From assembly GCA_964035545.1 (NCBI GenBank), contig OZ037765.1, positions 18,352,995 through 18,416,994 of the forward strand: 64,000 nucleotides of DNA, read 5' to 3'. This DNA comes from Bugula neritina. Its lineage: Eukaryota > Animalia > Bryozoa. Positions 12,201 through 24,351 of this stretch are shown here, piece after piece; position 1 is the first letter of the stretch; the number at the start of each line of letters is the position of its first letter. A model generated the notes under the pieces. That model was not told the origin of the DNA, made no database searches, and saw only the letters and a list, made by a program, of their open reading frames with translations. Position numbers and translations under genes: made by a program.

Positions 12201-15200
12201 CTTGTGAGGGCATTAGAGTGAAGACTTATACCTACACAACTCTACTACCTATCAATCTAATACTTCTAATGTAGACACTCCGAATTTTGGCTTGCAAGGT
12301 TATGGCTTCTGCTTATTTCATTCATAAAAAAGGTTTGCAGTCTTTTAATGATGTGCTTGAAAATTATCAAGCATTTTTTTTATTCAAATTGTTCTGTTTA
12401 ATTCGATAAATTTAAACGTGGATAAAATGCAGGATCACAATTAACTGTTGCCATAATAGTACCACAAGAGTGTTTAGCCTACTAAATTTTTATAATATAA
12501 CTGGGTATAATTTCTAATCAAGCTACCGTTTCCTTTTGTTATTTAAAAAAAGTCAACATTGTACTTTCAGCTCTGGAATAGACAATAAGTGGGTAGATTG
12601 GCAGGATGGAGGTCAAGTAGCAGCATCTATAATTGCTAGAAAATCAACTGATGATAGTGATGAAGCTTTTGCCACATACATGATGTTATGTGTCCATACT
12701 CCGTAACCTCATATTATGAAGACCAAGAAAGTAGAAAGATGATAAGTGCCTTCTTTGCAAAAACCGTAGAAGCTATCTAATTTTCTTTTCTTGATAAGAG
12801 TTAATTCAAGCATAATGGTTGTATCCAGGCTGGATTTTTTACTGCATTTAATTGGGTTTTTAAAATAATGTATTTGATGTTTTAAATGTGAATATTAATG
12901 CCTAATAAAACTCAAAAGTTCTAATAGCTGATTTTATGTTTATATTTTCAACATCTCAGCCAAATCAATTGCTAAATTTAGTTGCCATTAGAGATTATAA
13001 AGATATTCATGAATGAACCTCGCATGATCTCATAATAGTCAAATAATTTTCTCATAAGTGTTCTACTCATTAAGCAATAATTATGAAACAGCACAGCTCA
13101 ATAGCTGCAGTTTGATATATTACACAATATATTAGAGGAAAGGGAGATATTCAATGTATAAGAGGAAGCAGCTGCCATTTTGTTTTATATGATTTCCTGC
13201 TGACTTGGATGCCTAATTTAAATATCTCAATAAACAAACTTGCTGAAACATCCTTTTCTTTGCTGAAATTGTTAAACCTTTCAACCATTAAACAAAGTAA
13301 AAAGCAAATTGACAAATAAATTAGACAAAAAGTTTGGCGGCCATATTTGACCTAATTTTATGTTGAGACAGCATGAAATTTAGTTTAACAGAAAGCCCAA
13401 ATTTTCACAATTATTTTGATACCAAATTTGTCACTATTCCTATTATACAAAGACCCGTTGCTAAGGCTTGTAAATTGTAAACAAATAATTCTCAACTTAT
13501 TCTAGAGTTGCCAACTTTAAACGCGATTTTCTCGAAACAGTAATTTAGAAATTCTAAAAACGTTAAAGTTTTTAAATACTGATATCTCGAGTTCTATTTA
13601 TGCTAGAGACTTCAAATAAAGTGCAAAATGTTCGAAAAAGTCTGCTCTATCACTCCATAGTAATAACTAAGTTTCCAACATTTTATATACATCCCTTGTT
13701 TTGTGGTGCCAGGTCACATATATGTTAAATTTTTATAGTAGAAGTAGTGCATGGTTATAGCTTTGCATAGTGTATATATAAACTCACGCAACTTTATAGT
13801 CACCATCCCTGTGAGAAAACCTCTGATGGAAAAGGTTTTTTGCTAGATTGGGCTAAGGACTTATTCAGATGAGTCACAGGAATAATTAGGACTGGATGCT
13901 CTTCCTAACATCACCAATGGCCTTAGTTGGGGCTCATGTATATATGTAGTGTGTGAAATCTATATAGAGTGTGCAGTATGTGTTTAAATATTGTCGTGTG
14001 TCTAGTTGCCTGTATCTAGTGTAAGAAGTATGTAGTATGTGTATAAGTATAAAGATATGCCTATTATTTGTTCTGTTTTAGAAAGTCAAGATGATGTTGA
14101 CTCATTGAGTCGAGAAAGTGTTGCCAGTGATGAGATTATACCTGCTGCCAAACATCACAAAGATGATGTCATTAGTACAGGTACCTGTCATTCAGTAAAT
14201 TTAAAATACCATGACTTGGGTTATAGTATATGTACTATGAGTACACTATAGGCATTTTTGTGACTATGTGGCAATGTAACTGATGTTTTTTTAATTCTCT
14301 AAAATAATTATTGATAAAACATTGAATTAGATGATCTAAACATGCAATCTGTACTAAACACAATCTTCTTAGAGTGTATAAAAAATTAAGTGTGTTGAAC
14401 TTCACAATATATCTACACTGATTTCATATTTATACGTTTGGTTTTCAACATAGAAAATTCCAGACTATCTGCTTTTAACTTTTTTTAAATCCTTAGCTAA
14501 ATTTTTACATGCTTCAATGAATATGTCTGCTGTTTGCAAATGCAGCTATGGACTTGCATTCCTAAGTGCTTTGTTTTTGTGTAAACAAGAGGTTTGGGCC
14601 TGGGTAAAAAATCTTGTTATCAGTCCTCACCAACCTTCCAGGTATCAAAGATATAATAAATAGCATGTTTTAAAGACGCATTGAAGAGTATAATCTTATA
14701 ATATCATGTTGCTCAACTGACTTGTAATATTTGTTTTAACTTCACGCAGCCTCTGATGTAGGATACGGTTCTATGAGTCAGGAAGATATTCACAAATCTG
14801 GACCAAAGACAGTTGCTTCTGGTGAGATCTAACCTATAGATTAACACTATTACCCTGAGACTAACTCAAACCATACTGCATGTTCATGTGCATAGAAGGG
14901 TGTAGCACTTGGAGGAAGGGAAGCTTACAATATTGACAGTAATAGTTGAAGGGATTTTGTGTATCTTTGGACTTTTCCTTGTAGCCAAAGTAACAGCAGC
15001 TGGAAAAGGAAATGATGCGTTTCGCATTAAGATGGGTTGTATTATCAAAAGATCAGTGGACAGGGAGAATGGTGACAGCCGTTTGTTTCTAGGATCTTAC
15101 TGTAAGTGTTGTTATATGTCATAATGCAGATGCACTAGACTTACGCATGTACTGCATTTACACTTGTTTTCTGTCTGTATACCTACAATATTGCAAATAT

Positions 15201-18200
15201 TTGCTTGAAGTCTAGCTGCTATTTCTGCGTTTATGTACGTTTAGCTTCAAGGTTGTGTATTTATTTTCAACTATTTGTTGTGGTCGATGCCTCTAGGTCA
15301 ATAAGTACAATGTTATGCTGTAATTTTGTATTGATGTCTAAAACTGTGTTTGATTATTTCAATAGACAGCTCAGCTGGACTGCTGATCACTACAGATAGG
15401 GCGTTGCAGAAGATCTCTCTTTCTAACAGCCTTAGCTTTGAGTCTAAAGATGGTAAACGTAAAAGACACAAAAGTGCTGGTGACTCTTTGAAACAGGCAA
15501 TAAAGGTGATAGTACTGACCCAGGCTCTCTCTCTCTGTAAATGCTGTTGAGGTTTTGTTTCTAATAGTTTATAGTTGTTGAGTGATCAGTGTGCTACAGC
15601 TCTTTTATTTGCTTGAGTAAAAGTCCCCAAAATTTTCATATAATGTTTATACACTACCATTAAATATATAACTTAGAGTTTATAGTAAATTTCAAATATG
15701 AGATATTTGCTGTGAATTATACAATTCTTTTAACTTTCTAGCTTTGCCAAGGAATTTTTATGGCTAACATATGTGTCTAAATTTGAGTGTGTGTTGAACA
15801 TTGTAGCAAGCAGCGTCTGACCGGCATTATAGTCCTCTGGTAGAGGTTGACTCCTCTGTTACCCCTCTCACCGAGACTCCTCTACCCTCCGCACAGGAAG
15901 CAGTTGTCAGTCACACTCCCAATCATCTACCATTAGACGCTACATCAGTATTTAGTCAACCAGAAAGAGTACCTCACGCCTCAGTGCTAGCCAGTAAACC
16001 AACTAATAACAATGGAGCAGTGAAGGCGGAGGTTGAGGTTATGTTTGACCCTCTATCAGCTAATGCTATGCCGATATCCGTTAGTGAAAGTTCTCTCTCA
16101 CAGCATTCTTTGGACTACAGGAAGTCTTCTACTGACTCTCTAAGAAAAGAAACAGGTGGGTCTTGGATTTGTTCAAACTAGTGCTTGTTGAGAAAATGTC
16201 TACTTCTCACTGGCTATGCTTAACGTCCTGCTTCTGGTAAATTAAATTGAGTTGAGATACTGTAAGCTTATTGTCTGTACTAGGGTGGTGGTATCTGTAC
16301 TAAGATAGTTGTGTCTGTACTAAGGTGGTGGTATCTGTACTGAGATAGTTGTGTCTGTACTGAGGTGTTGGTGTCTGTACTAAGATAATTGTGTGTGTAC
16401 TAAGATACTTGTGTGTGTACTAAGATACTTGTGTGTGTACTAAGATAATTGTGTGTGTATCAAGATAGTTGTGTATATACTGAGATAGTTGTGTCTGTGC
16501 TGAGACAGTGATGTGCATAGTGCTTGCATGACCGCTAGCATGAAGGTTAATGTTTTTCTGCTTTGCGAGTGTGCAATGTATCTTTGAACTGTTTGGGTTT
16601 CAGTGTTGTGTGATGATCCACTTGGGCTGTTCTCAACAGAGAGTTCAGATATTAAAGAGAGTTTGCCTCCTAAGGTTGATCATACTGTAGAGAGCAATGC
16701 TAATTCTATGACCTCTTCAGTCACCTCTATGGATATTGGTACGTCGTGTTTTCCTCTTCCTGTCTTTAACTTGTGTGTCGGTCAACTCTTGGTGTTGTAA
16801 TCTCAAAACAAGTGTTCTATGTTGTAGTTTTATATATATAACTGTACTTCTACCTGTTGTATGATAACAGTGTTTGAATCAACAGCTATTCTTTATACAT
16901 GTACAGTATTTCATTGCTAAGAAGATGTAGGCTTTAAAACTATGGCTTATTATTTACAAAAGCAACCTTTTGCTTACATTATTATAAGTTAAGCTAAATT
17001 TTTGTAGGGAATTTGTTTGGACGAGATTCCTCACTTAAGAAGGATGCTGCTGATGAAACAGTGTCTATGAGGACAGTCAAAAAGTACAATCTGCTGGAAT
17101 TTTCTCCTGAAAAGGAAGTTGCTCCTGCGCTTACACCAGGATTACGAAAGAGCCTCAGTTTAGATTCAAGGGCAAGTTACCAGGTGAGATAACGGAGTAT
17201 GCTTATATTTTAATCCAACTTGCCGAAGGAGTATTATCTGAATGAGATTGTATTTAGATAGTTAACAGACACTATAAAGTTCTGGCATGAAGAAATGTGT
17301 TCAGACATCATCGACAGACTGCTGTAATTGGCATAAACTCCTCATTATGTTATGAGAAAGTTGTTTTCTAATTGATATTTTAGAACAATGAGGACAACTA
17401 TTATGTCATCTTCAACTTTCTATATTCTTTTTTCAAAAATTGTGTTGAATAGTTTCAAGATTTTTCTTCTTGTTGAAAGAAAGATTGATAGTTTTATGTT
17501 ACTAGATTTGGAAAATATATTAGTAGCAGCTTAAGATACAATATTGAAAGCTCCATCACCGGGTTATGTAACATTAGACAATTTGGCAGTTTCTGCCTAT
17601 CAGTAGTTAATTTAGTAAGTAAGTCTCGATATAATTCTATTCTCTACCCATGACAAAGTTTTGTATACGTCTGAAATTTAATTATAATTTATTTTATGGA
17701 AGTTTATTTTGAATGTATTTTGCTTGAAAAATCGTTGCTAATAATCGAATGTTTTTCTCAAAACAATGTTTTAAAATTAGGTAATTTTAGAGCGTTAGGA
17801 GATTAATTCCAATTTGTATTTCACCCAATAGAATAGCTGATTCTGTTCTGCGCATGTGCCACTACTTATCAATCATTACAGGCTGCTATTAAAGATGAAG
17901 ATTCTAAAAGTGCAGATGCAGTTCTAGATGCGCCAACATTTGAGAAACCATCATTTCCCCCAAATCCAAATTTAGATGGCAGCAAGGTGAGGTGCACTAG
18001 AGATGAGTTAGATAAATAGCATAGTTAGTGCAACCCTTTTGACTAAATGGTGCTTATTATATCTTGTACTTCTATGATTAGTGCAAACTGATTTCTTCTA
18101 TTCTGGTAGCATTAGTAGCAATATCTGTTCTGATTTTTAGGAGAGTGTAAAAAGTTCAGGAGGTGATTCGTTGTCATCTGACCATGAGAAGGGCAGGAGG

Positions 18201-21200
18201 GCCTCCAGCTCTTACAAGAGCTGGGTAACCTCGTCCATTAAGAAAGGAGCTAATCTGGCCATAGCTAAGAATTTATCTTCAAAAATGAAATCTATGGTGT
18301 ATGGTGAGAAGGAGGATACGGAGCCCCACAGTAAGAACTGCTTTTAGTAACTTGTAGCTCAGGTGAACCAAATTACAATTTCTCCTTTGGTTAGAGAAAG
18401 GAAGTTGCTTATCTGTTGTTGTCTGCTTGCAGCTAACATGTCATCTCATGAAAGCCTGGACAGTGTTGACACTACATCCAAGATCAACAAGTGAGTCACT
18501 CAGCTTTCTAATGCATATTTAGTTGTATTAGCACTAAATTATCCTATTGACTGAATATTCTACTTTATTGAATATGAATTTGTTTGGTTCAGCTTCGAAA
18601 CTCTAATTGTTAGCATGTTTATGTAATGTTAGCTCATACTTTCAATTACAGGGTGTCCTTATACTATTTGTTTATTACTAGCCTTATTAAACATCAGTGT
18701 CATCAGTCTCTTAACTATATAATTATTTCTCCAAGTTTCATTCATCTTTTTCGCTCAGCAGCTTTTAAAATATTTCTGCATTTTGATAGCAGGTACTTGA
18801 ATGCTATTATGCCATAAGAGCTTTTTGCACAAGTTTTATTTGTGAATGGAGTCGTGGAAATATTTTTTTAGAAAAGCACTTAGATTTTTTCAGAGAGTTA
18901 AAAATTGCCTAAACATTTTTTAAGATTATTTTTTAGGTCAATGTAGAGATTATTATACTTTAGCAAACTTATGAATCCACTCCCATGAAATACTAATTAG
19001 GTGTATAGCCATCATGTTTGGACAGGTTTTGTTCGCTCTATTGTTATTCAGTTTGATGTGGATCCTACAGAAAACTGTTCTCTTCAAGCATTGATTCTTT
19101 TTTAGTGCTTCCCTTCAATATTTAGCACAATTTTTATTACATATTCAATCTGCTCATAAAACTACTCTATAAAGTTAGTCTAATGGTTCTGTGAGAATAT
19201 CTTGTTTGAAGATTTAAAAGATATTGATGAACCCCTAACACATGCATATCTTCTGTATGATAGGCGAGGTGACATGAGATCATCTATCAAGAAATTTAAA
19301 TCTGTATCTTCAAACATGGCTAGTAAACTGTATTCCAACTATAACAAGTTGAAGCATACAGTAAAGGAGTATCAGGCACCTAGCACTGTCAGCACACCTT
19401 ACAAAGAGGACAAGCAATCTGAGCACAGAAATAGTGAAGACAACATCAGTGTGTATGTCTCTATATATATTTTATACATTGTTTTACTACTGATTCTAGT
19501 CATCGTTAGACCAAATTTGTTTAAATCACTGTATAATAGTCGGGATTTTTTCTCAAGATTTCTGGCCAGACAATAATGATATGATGATAGAATTCTCACT
19601 TTCGTTCTATAAAATGTAATGCTTATTGTCATATAAGTTTAAATTCTAGTTCAGAAGTTTGATTGCAAGTTGTTTAGTTTAAATTTTTGTTATCTAAAAT
19701 TTCTGTTCAACTCTTTGGATTTAGCTATGATTTTCAGTTTCCTGTCTTACCAGCACCGTAGAGCCAACCAAAAATAAGATTTTAAATGTATTGCTTTTTT
19801 AATTAAGGAGTACAAATCTGTCATGTATAAAAATTATTAATTCATGTTTATTGACTGCTCAATAGATAATTAACTCTCACTAATGGTAAAACTTGTAATT
19901 TTTGTCATTTTAAAAATGTTTATGCATTATTTTAACCAATTTCTTATTGGAGTGCCCAGTATTAAAAAATGAAAAATCTGCACTACACTTAAGGGTTTTG
20001 AACAACAGGAGTGTTTAATTAAAAACCTACTCCAACACAATCCAAAATTTTTGACTACATTAGTTCTATAGCACCTTCAACATTGTAAAATGTCACTGTA
20101 TTAGCAGACCAGTCAAGGACTAGCTAGATGTTAAAAATAGAGTGCTAAACATGAGCCAAGTGGCCAATTGTGAATACATTCTATAATTTAATTCAGGCTC
20201 AGCTCCCACAGTGCTCTTGGTCTACCTTTCTCCATTGATGACTCATTATCTGGTTTTGATGATGGAGGAAAATCATTCAGTACCGACATAACATACAGTA
20301 AGATATTTCTCTCTTCCGTTTATGAGTCCAATAATACACAGAAATATCTAATAGCTGCATTGCCTTCATGGTTTCAACTGGTTTATACTTGGTGGTCAAC
20401 AAAATTAGGCTAAGCAATTATTGAATTGCATGTTTTTACTAGTTTTTTGTTGGTGATTTAAGAACTTTTTCCTCTTTTATTACTTTTTCAGCGATACTGT
20501 TCCATAAATGAAATGATGGTCTTATCTTTTAACAGTTATTTAGTTTTATGTATTTATATATCTGTTAATACTTATTTGACATATGCCTATCATCTTTGTC
20601 TCCATTTATCACCTAAGTACACAGATTTCATTGCATTCTTAAAAATACTTTTATCAAAATGCTTTACTCTTGGTGCTTCTTGCATTTCAATGTTACTTCA
20701 TTTGCTGACTGACTACACTTTCAGGTGGAGTCTCTTCAGCCTTTATCACTAAGTACACGACCTCGCCTAGCGCACAAGTCATGCTAGATGCTGTGGATAG
20801 TCTGTTTAAATTCCCACCTCCCTCAAGTGTGTCAACACCATCAATGTCCGAGCCAGTCATTGAAGTGGTCATGTGCTCATCTACAGTGTGCGATAATTGT
20901 TCAACTATACTCTATGATGAAGATATCATGGCTGGTTGGTCAGCCCAAGATAGTGAACTTAGCACAACGTATGTTATTTTTATTATGCTGGCTATACATC
21001 ATGTCTGCAATCTATATAGTCACCTAATGAGAGTAAGCTAGACTTGCAAATACTAAATTTGCTTAGGGGGGGGGGGCTAGGGTCTAATCACCAGCTGCTC
21101 ATCTCTTTGCAGTTCAATTGAAAAATTATACTCGTCAATGGACATTAAACCATACTACTGTTTACAGCACAATTATGCACTGAGATTGAGGGGAAAAACG

Positions 21201-23956
21201 AATAAACTATGAAATGGCAAAATTTAAAATCTACTTTATTTACAACAAATAATTAGTCAACTAAAGGAGAAAAATGATGTTATTATTTTGCTTTTTTCTT
21301 CCAAATTTTTACACAACATATTTGCTCAAAATATAATTTCCTAATTGGTTAATAATTAAATTGACTGATAACTAACAGTAGGTTTCAGTAACTAGTCAAC
21401 TATCACTTGACACAGTAACAGTGTTTTAGGGAATAGTTGCAGTTGAGCTCAGCACTGTTCAGTCAATATTAGCTTTGACTTTTTAATAACTCCTATCTGT
21501 TCTTTTAGCTGTAGATTTTGCGACAATAAGCAGCTGCCATTTATGATGATCGATATAAAAGATTTGAGAGCTAAAGATACATTTGATAAAAACTCCGCAT
21601 TTACTGACGATGGAGTTTTGTCGTCACCTCCTCTCACACCTAGGTCCTCTCATACCAAGTAGGTTGAGTGTTGTGATGGTTACTAAGATTTCCTTTTCTC
21701 TCCTTCACTATACGGCTTGTCGTAACGAGTCAACTTTAATGGTTTTCAGCGTTTTCAATATTATAGAAGTTGGAATTCTTTCTTGCACATAGTGAATTTT
21801 ACTCTGAACACATGGCTAGTAATACTTGCTTGATATGTTGTGTTGAAAAAACTCAGCGTAATAAGATACTTATTCTAAGTCTGAGATTTGACCTGTGACC
21901 TTGAGTATACTGACTCTATGTTGCCTGTTGAGTTACTTGAAACTTGTGTGACATTCCATTGATTTGTTTAAATTAAAACCTTCAATGCTGCTATCCTGCC
22001 AGTTAGTAAGATGTATATAACATAAACTATGCTGTTCATACATCTTGGAATGTAGTCCTTACTTCACACTGTGTGAATATTCTATTGCAGCCGTATAGAA
22101 CCTATTAAACTGCCGTATCTGAGTCCAATAGTTTTAAGAAAAGAGTTGGAGTCTGTATTGGACCGAGAAGGAGATGTATGTCTCACCAGCTCTAGTTTTG
22201 TTGACAACCATGCCATTGTGTACTGGAACTTGGTAAGTCAGACAGTTGTCACTGCACAGAGAATGATATGTTGTTCACAAGGCCTCGAGTCCACTGCACA
22301 CAATGCACATCTCATTCATATTCTGAAACTGTTTCTAATTTGCATATTTTCAAAAAAGCACTTCATACGATTATATATAGTTGTATAGAATAGCTATATA
22401 TAATACTCGAATACCTATAATTTCCTACATGAATAATGTCACAGGTGAGGTGTTGTGGCCATAACAGCTCAAGCTGCACTTCCGTACAATAGTATAGTCA
22501 TGGGTGGACTGCAAGTTATTCAACAGATTCTATTCTTTTTCAAAACCAACATGCCACTGCAAGGCTTTTTCTCACACCACATTTTTAAAAAAGATTCTTA
22601 TCTTTTTCTGCCTGCATGAGTATCTCTGATAACAGAGCTTAACTTACAGTATGTTGATTAGCTTCTATTGCTGTCACAGATGTGGTACTTCAAACGAATG
22701 AACTTTCCTTCACACTTGCCTCAGCTGCTGTTTCACTCTAGCTGCCTAACATTCAATAACATTGAGCTCTCATCTCCTCAGCCATCTAACATGATTCTAA
22801 GATTAGTTTGGAATCATCCCAGACTACATGAGAAAATGGCAGCTCCTATGTATAAACTGTGGAATGAGTCAGGTCAGTATTTCCATTCAGTAGATAATGT
22901 TTCCCGAGCACTACAGCTACGTAAACTTTTCTGTGCTTTATGTATGGACAAAGTGTGCAGACATACAGCTATATGTTACAGGAAGCAAATCCACAGTTGT
23001 CCGGGCTTTACTTACTGATGAGAAAGCAGCTACTAGAAGGTTAGTCAAGCAAAGACATCCATTATTGTAAACAATAGTTGGCTTTTTCTTCAACTTTTTG
23101 CAGTTGTTATACGTTATCATATTGATTTTGATCAGCTCAGAGGTGTAAATCATACTTTCAGGTAGATCGTACAGTCCTTATAACACTTACTAGTTATAAT
23201 TTTTTCTTTGTTTGCTCATGTCATACAATCAAATATATGCTACTTTATTATATTATGCTCATAGACTTTGCAAATGTTCTTTTTTTACAGTTTTATGCAG
23301 CAAATGCTAACGCATGTTGAGTGCAATGACATTTACACTCCTTTGAAAATGATTATCAATAACAGAAAGTTGTACAAGCGTAACTCCACCAACAGATGTC
23401 AAAGTGCATACAGAGATATACTTTTTCTAGCATTTGTTTATTTTGGCCGAGAAGTTATGGACCATGGTGAGTATTAGTCTACAAGCTAAAATGTTTGCTG
23501 CATTGAAAAAAATATTTCTACTCTAAAATTATTGAACGCTCAACCTTTTGTAACTCTAACCAAAAGGGTCTGCTGCGTGGGCATGAATTATATACAGTTT
23601 GTTGTCTATTAGCTTCTCCAGAAATGTATGCATTAAATTCAAAAGTGTTGGTAGGTTTAAGAACAAGTAAAAATTTTTGCTTTATGTGTATTTCAACTGT
23701 GTACTACTCGAAGATTGTCGCACAGCCTTCATAATATGTGCGTTTTACTTCTTGGGCCAGTAGAACTACTTGATTTCATGCAGAACAATGATATTTTATA
23801 ATATTTATACTTTCAGATGCTTTTGATAGAGAATACAAGCTTGCATTTAAGAGGTTAGAATTGACTGACAAATTGCATTTAACGAAATCTGATGCGCCAC
23901 CATCACCCACTGTCATGTGGTGCAGAAAGCTATATGGAAACCTTGAAGTTTGTTAG
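295..23956 (+). CDS. DENND4: DENN domain-containing protein 4 (DENND4A/B/C, Crag-like) Rab GEF: MABP-uDENN-cDENN-dDENN-PPR; 5' part lies upstream of the window
   Basis: Spliced translation matches DENND4 motifs: [120 protein letters not shown] exons read by eye: 295-420, 768-954, 1791-1917, 2311-2483, 2867-3096, 3842-3967, 4386-4525, 4620-4718, 4825-4934, 5366-5467, 5937-6081, 6326-6524, 7093-7303, 7995-8189, 9451-9579, 9869-9983, 14082-14180, 14750-14821, 14985-15101, 15366-15505, 15807-16155, 16604-16738, 17008-17183, 17882-17986, 18141-18330, 18433-18490, 19264-19452, 20197-20297, 20725-20968, 21509-21658, 22091-22232, 22680-22872, 22982-23039, 23291-23466, 23817-23956 (TAG). Exons in the low-complexity middle (14-21.7 kb) are less certain. 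Confidence 0.95.
962..1168. repeat. 20-bp minisatellite (gcactagtagtgtatactga), about 10 copies, intronic
   Basis: Head-to-tail near-identical units starting just after the donor at 955. Confidence 0.95.
1980..2141. mobile_element. ~160-bp MITE-like element (family B), degenerate
   Basis: Imperfect terminal inverted repeats (taggtgcagtagtagagaa ... ttctccattactgcatctacc); colinear along its length with the reverse complement of 47811-47972. Confidence 0.7.
2487..2830. mobile_element. Possible degenerate non-autonomous hAT-like element
   Basis: Repeated gtggccctc motifs and an end 'gtggccctcgctctgaaaatgttaaacacacct' resembling Charlie-type hAT termini; the left end is not clearly resolved. 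Confidence 0.3.
5509..5722 (-). mobile_element. tRNA-derived SINE, near full-length copy
   Basis: Minus strand has A box TGGTCTAGCGG and B box GGTTCGATTTCC, core 'ggtgatgttaggaagagcatccagtcataattgctcc' and a T-rich tail. Flanked by tagtac(t/a)gt direct repeats (5500-5508 / 5723-5731). Homologous copies at 6175, 13781 and 40583. Confidence 0.85.
6175..6281 (-). mobile_element. Internally deleted copy of the same SINE with a perfect 16-bp TSD
   Basis: tRNA head joined directly to the 3' tail; taatagtttataacaa at 6159-6174 and 6282-6297. Confidence 0.85.
10137..13718. mobile_element. 3.58-kb non-autonomous/decayed TIR DNA transposon in a DENND4 intron; superfamily unassigned
   Basis: 30-bp TIRs matching 24/30 (tgtgaccagtcgcgacaaaaccggggatgt vs reverse complement tgtgacctggcaccacaaaacaagggatgt), flanked by TATA/TA. 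Inverted subterminal 25-mers at 10326-10350 and 13506-13530. No intact transposase ORF. Confidence 0.8.
11556..11899. mobile_element. 344-bp MITE (family A, Tourist/PIF-Harbinger-like), nested in the 3.58-kb element
   Basis: ~70-bp TIRs (gcctagggccacac...ggtgtccactgt); flanks TTA/TAA; about 19 substitutions by manual count versus the inverted copy at 63495-63838. Confidence 0.93.
13781..13935 (-). mobile_element. 5'-truncated copy of the tRNA-derived SINE
   Basis: Shares 'ggatgctcttcctaacatcacca' and 'ctgatggaaa.ggtttttt' with 5509-5722 but lacks the tRNA head. Confidence 0.8.
16261..16510. repeat. 20-bp minisatellite (gtgtctgtactaagatagtt), about 12 diverged copies
   Basis: 20-bp periodicity visible directly. 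Confidence 0.92.
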
Positions 23957-24351
23957 TTACATTTTACTGGTTAACCTGAATTGTGTTGTTTTACCTTACA
24001 TTTTTATTTGCTGTACTTTTAAGCAGCCTAGAAAGTCATAGTATTAATTGTGAGTATTGGGGGGTGTTTGCTTAGACATTAATGTTGCTCAATGGATAGA
24101 TAAACTCCAACGTTTCATATTGTAGGTATATTTATTCATTTTTAATCATTTTTTTTCAAGATGTATGTAGTACATGTGTAATACTAAAAACATAAATTCT
24201 ATAAAAAAATTTGTTGTTGCTTTCTTGTATATACTATAATTTTATTTTCTATGTACATTTCAAAGCATGTTTATGTATCAATAAGATTTTTGTACTTTAA
24301 ACTTGGAAATAAAAAAGGAAATTTAGCAAATAAAGTTAAAGTTATTTACAG

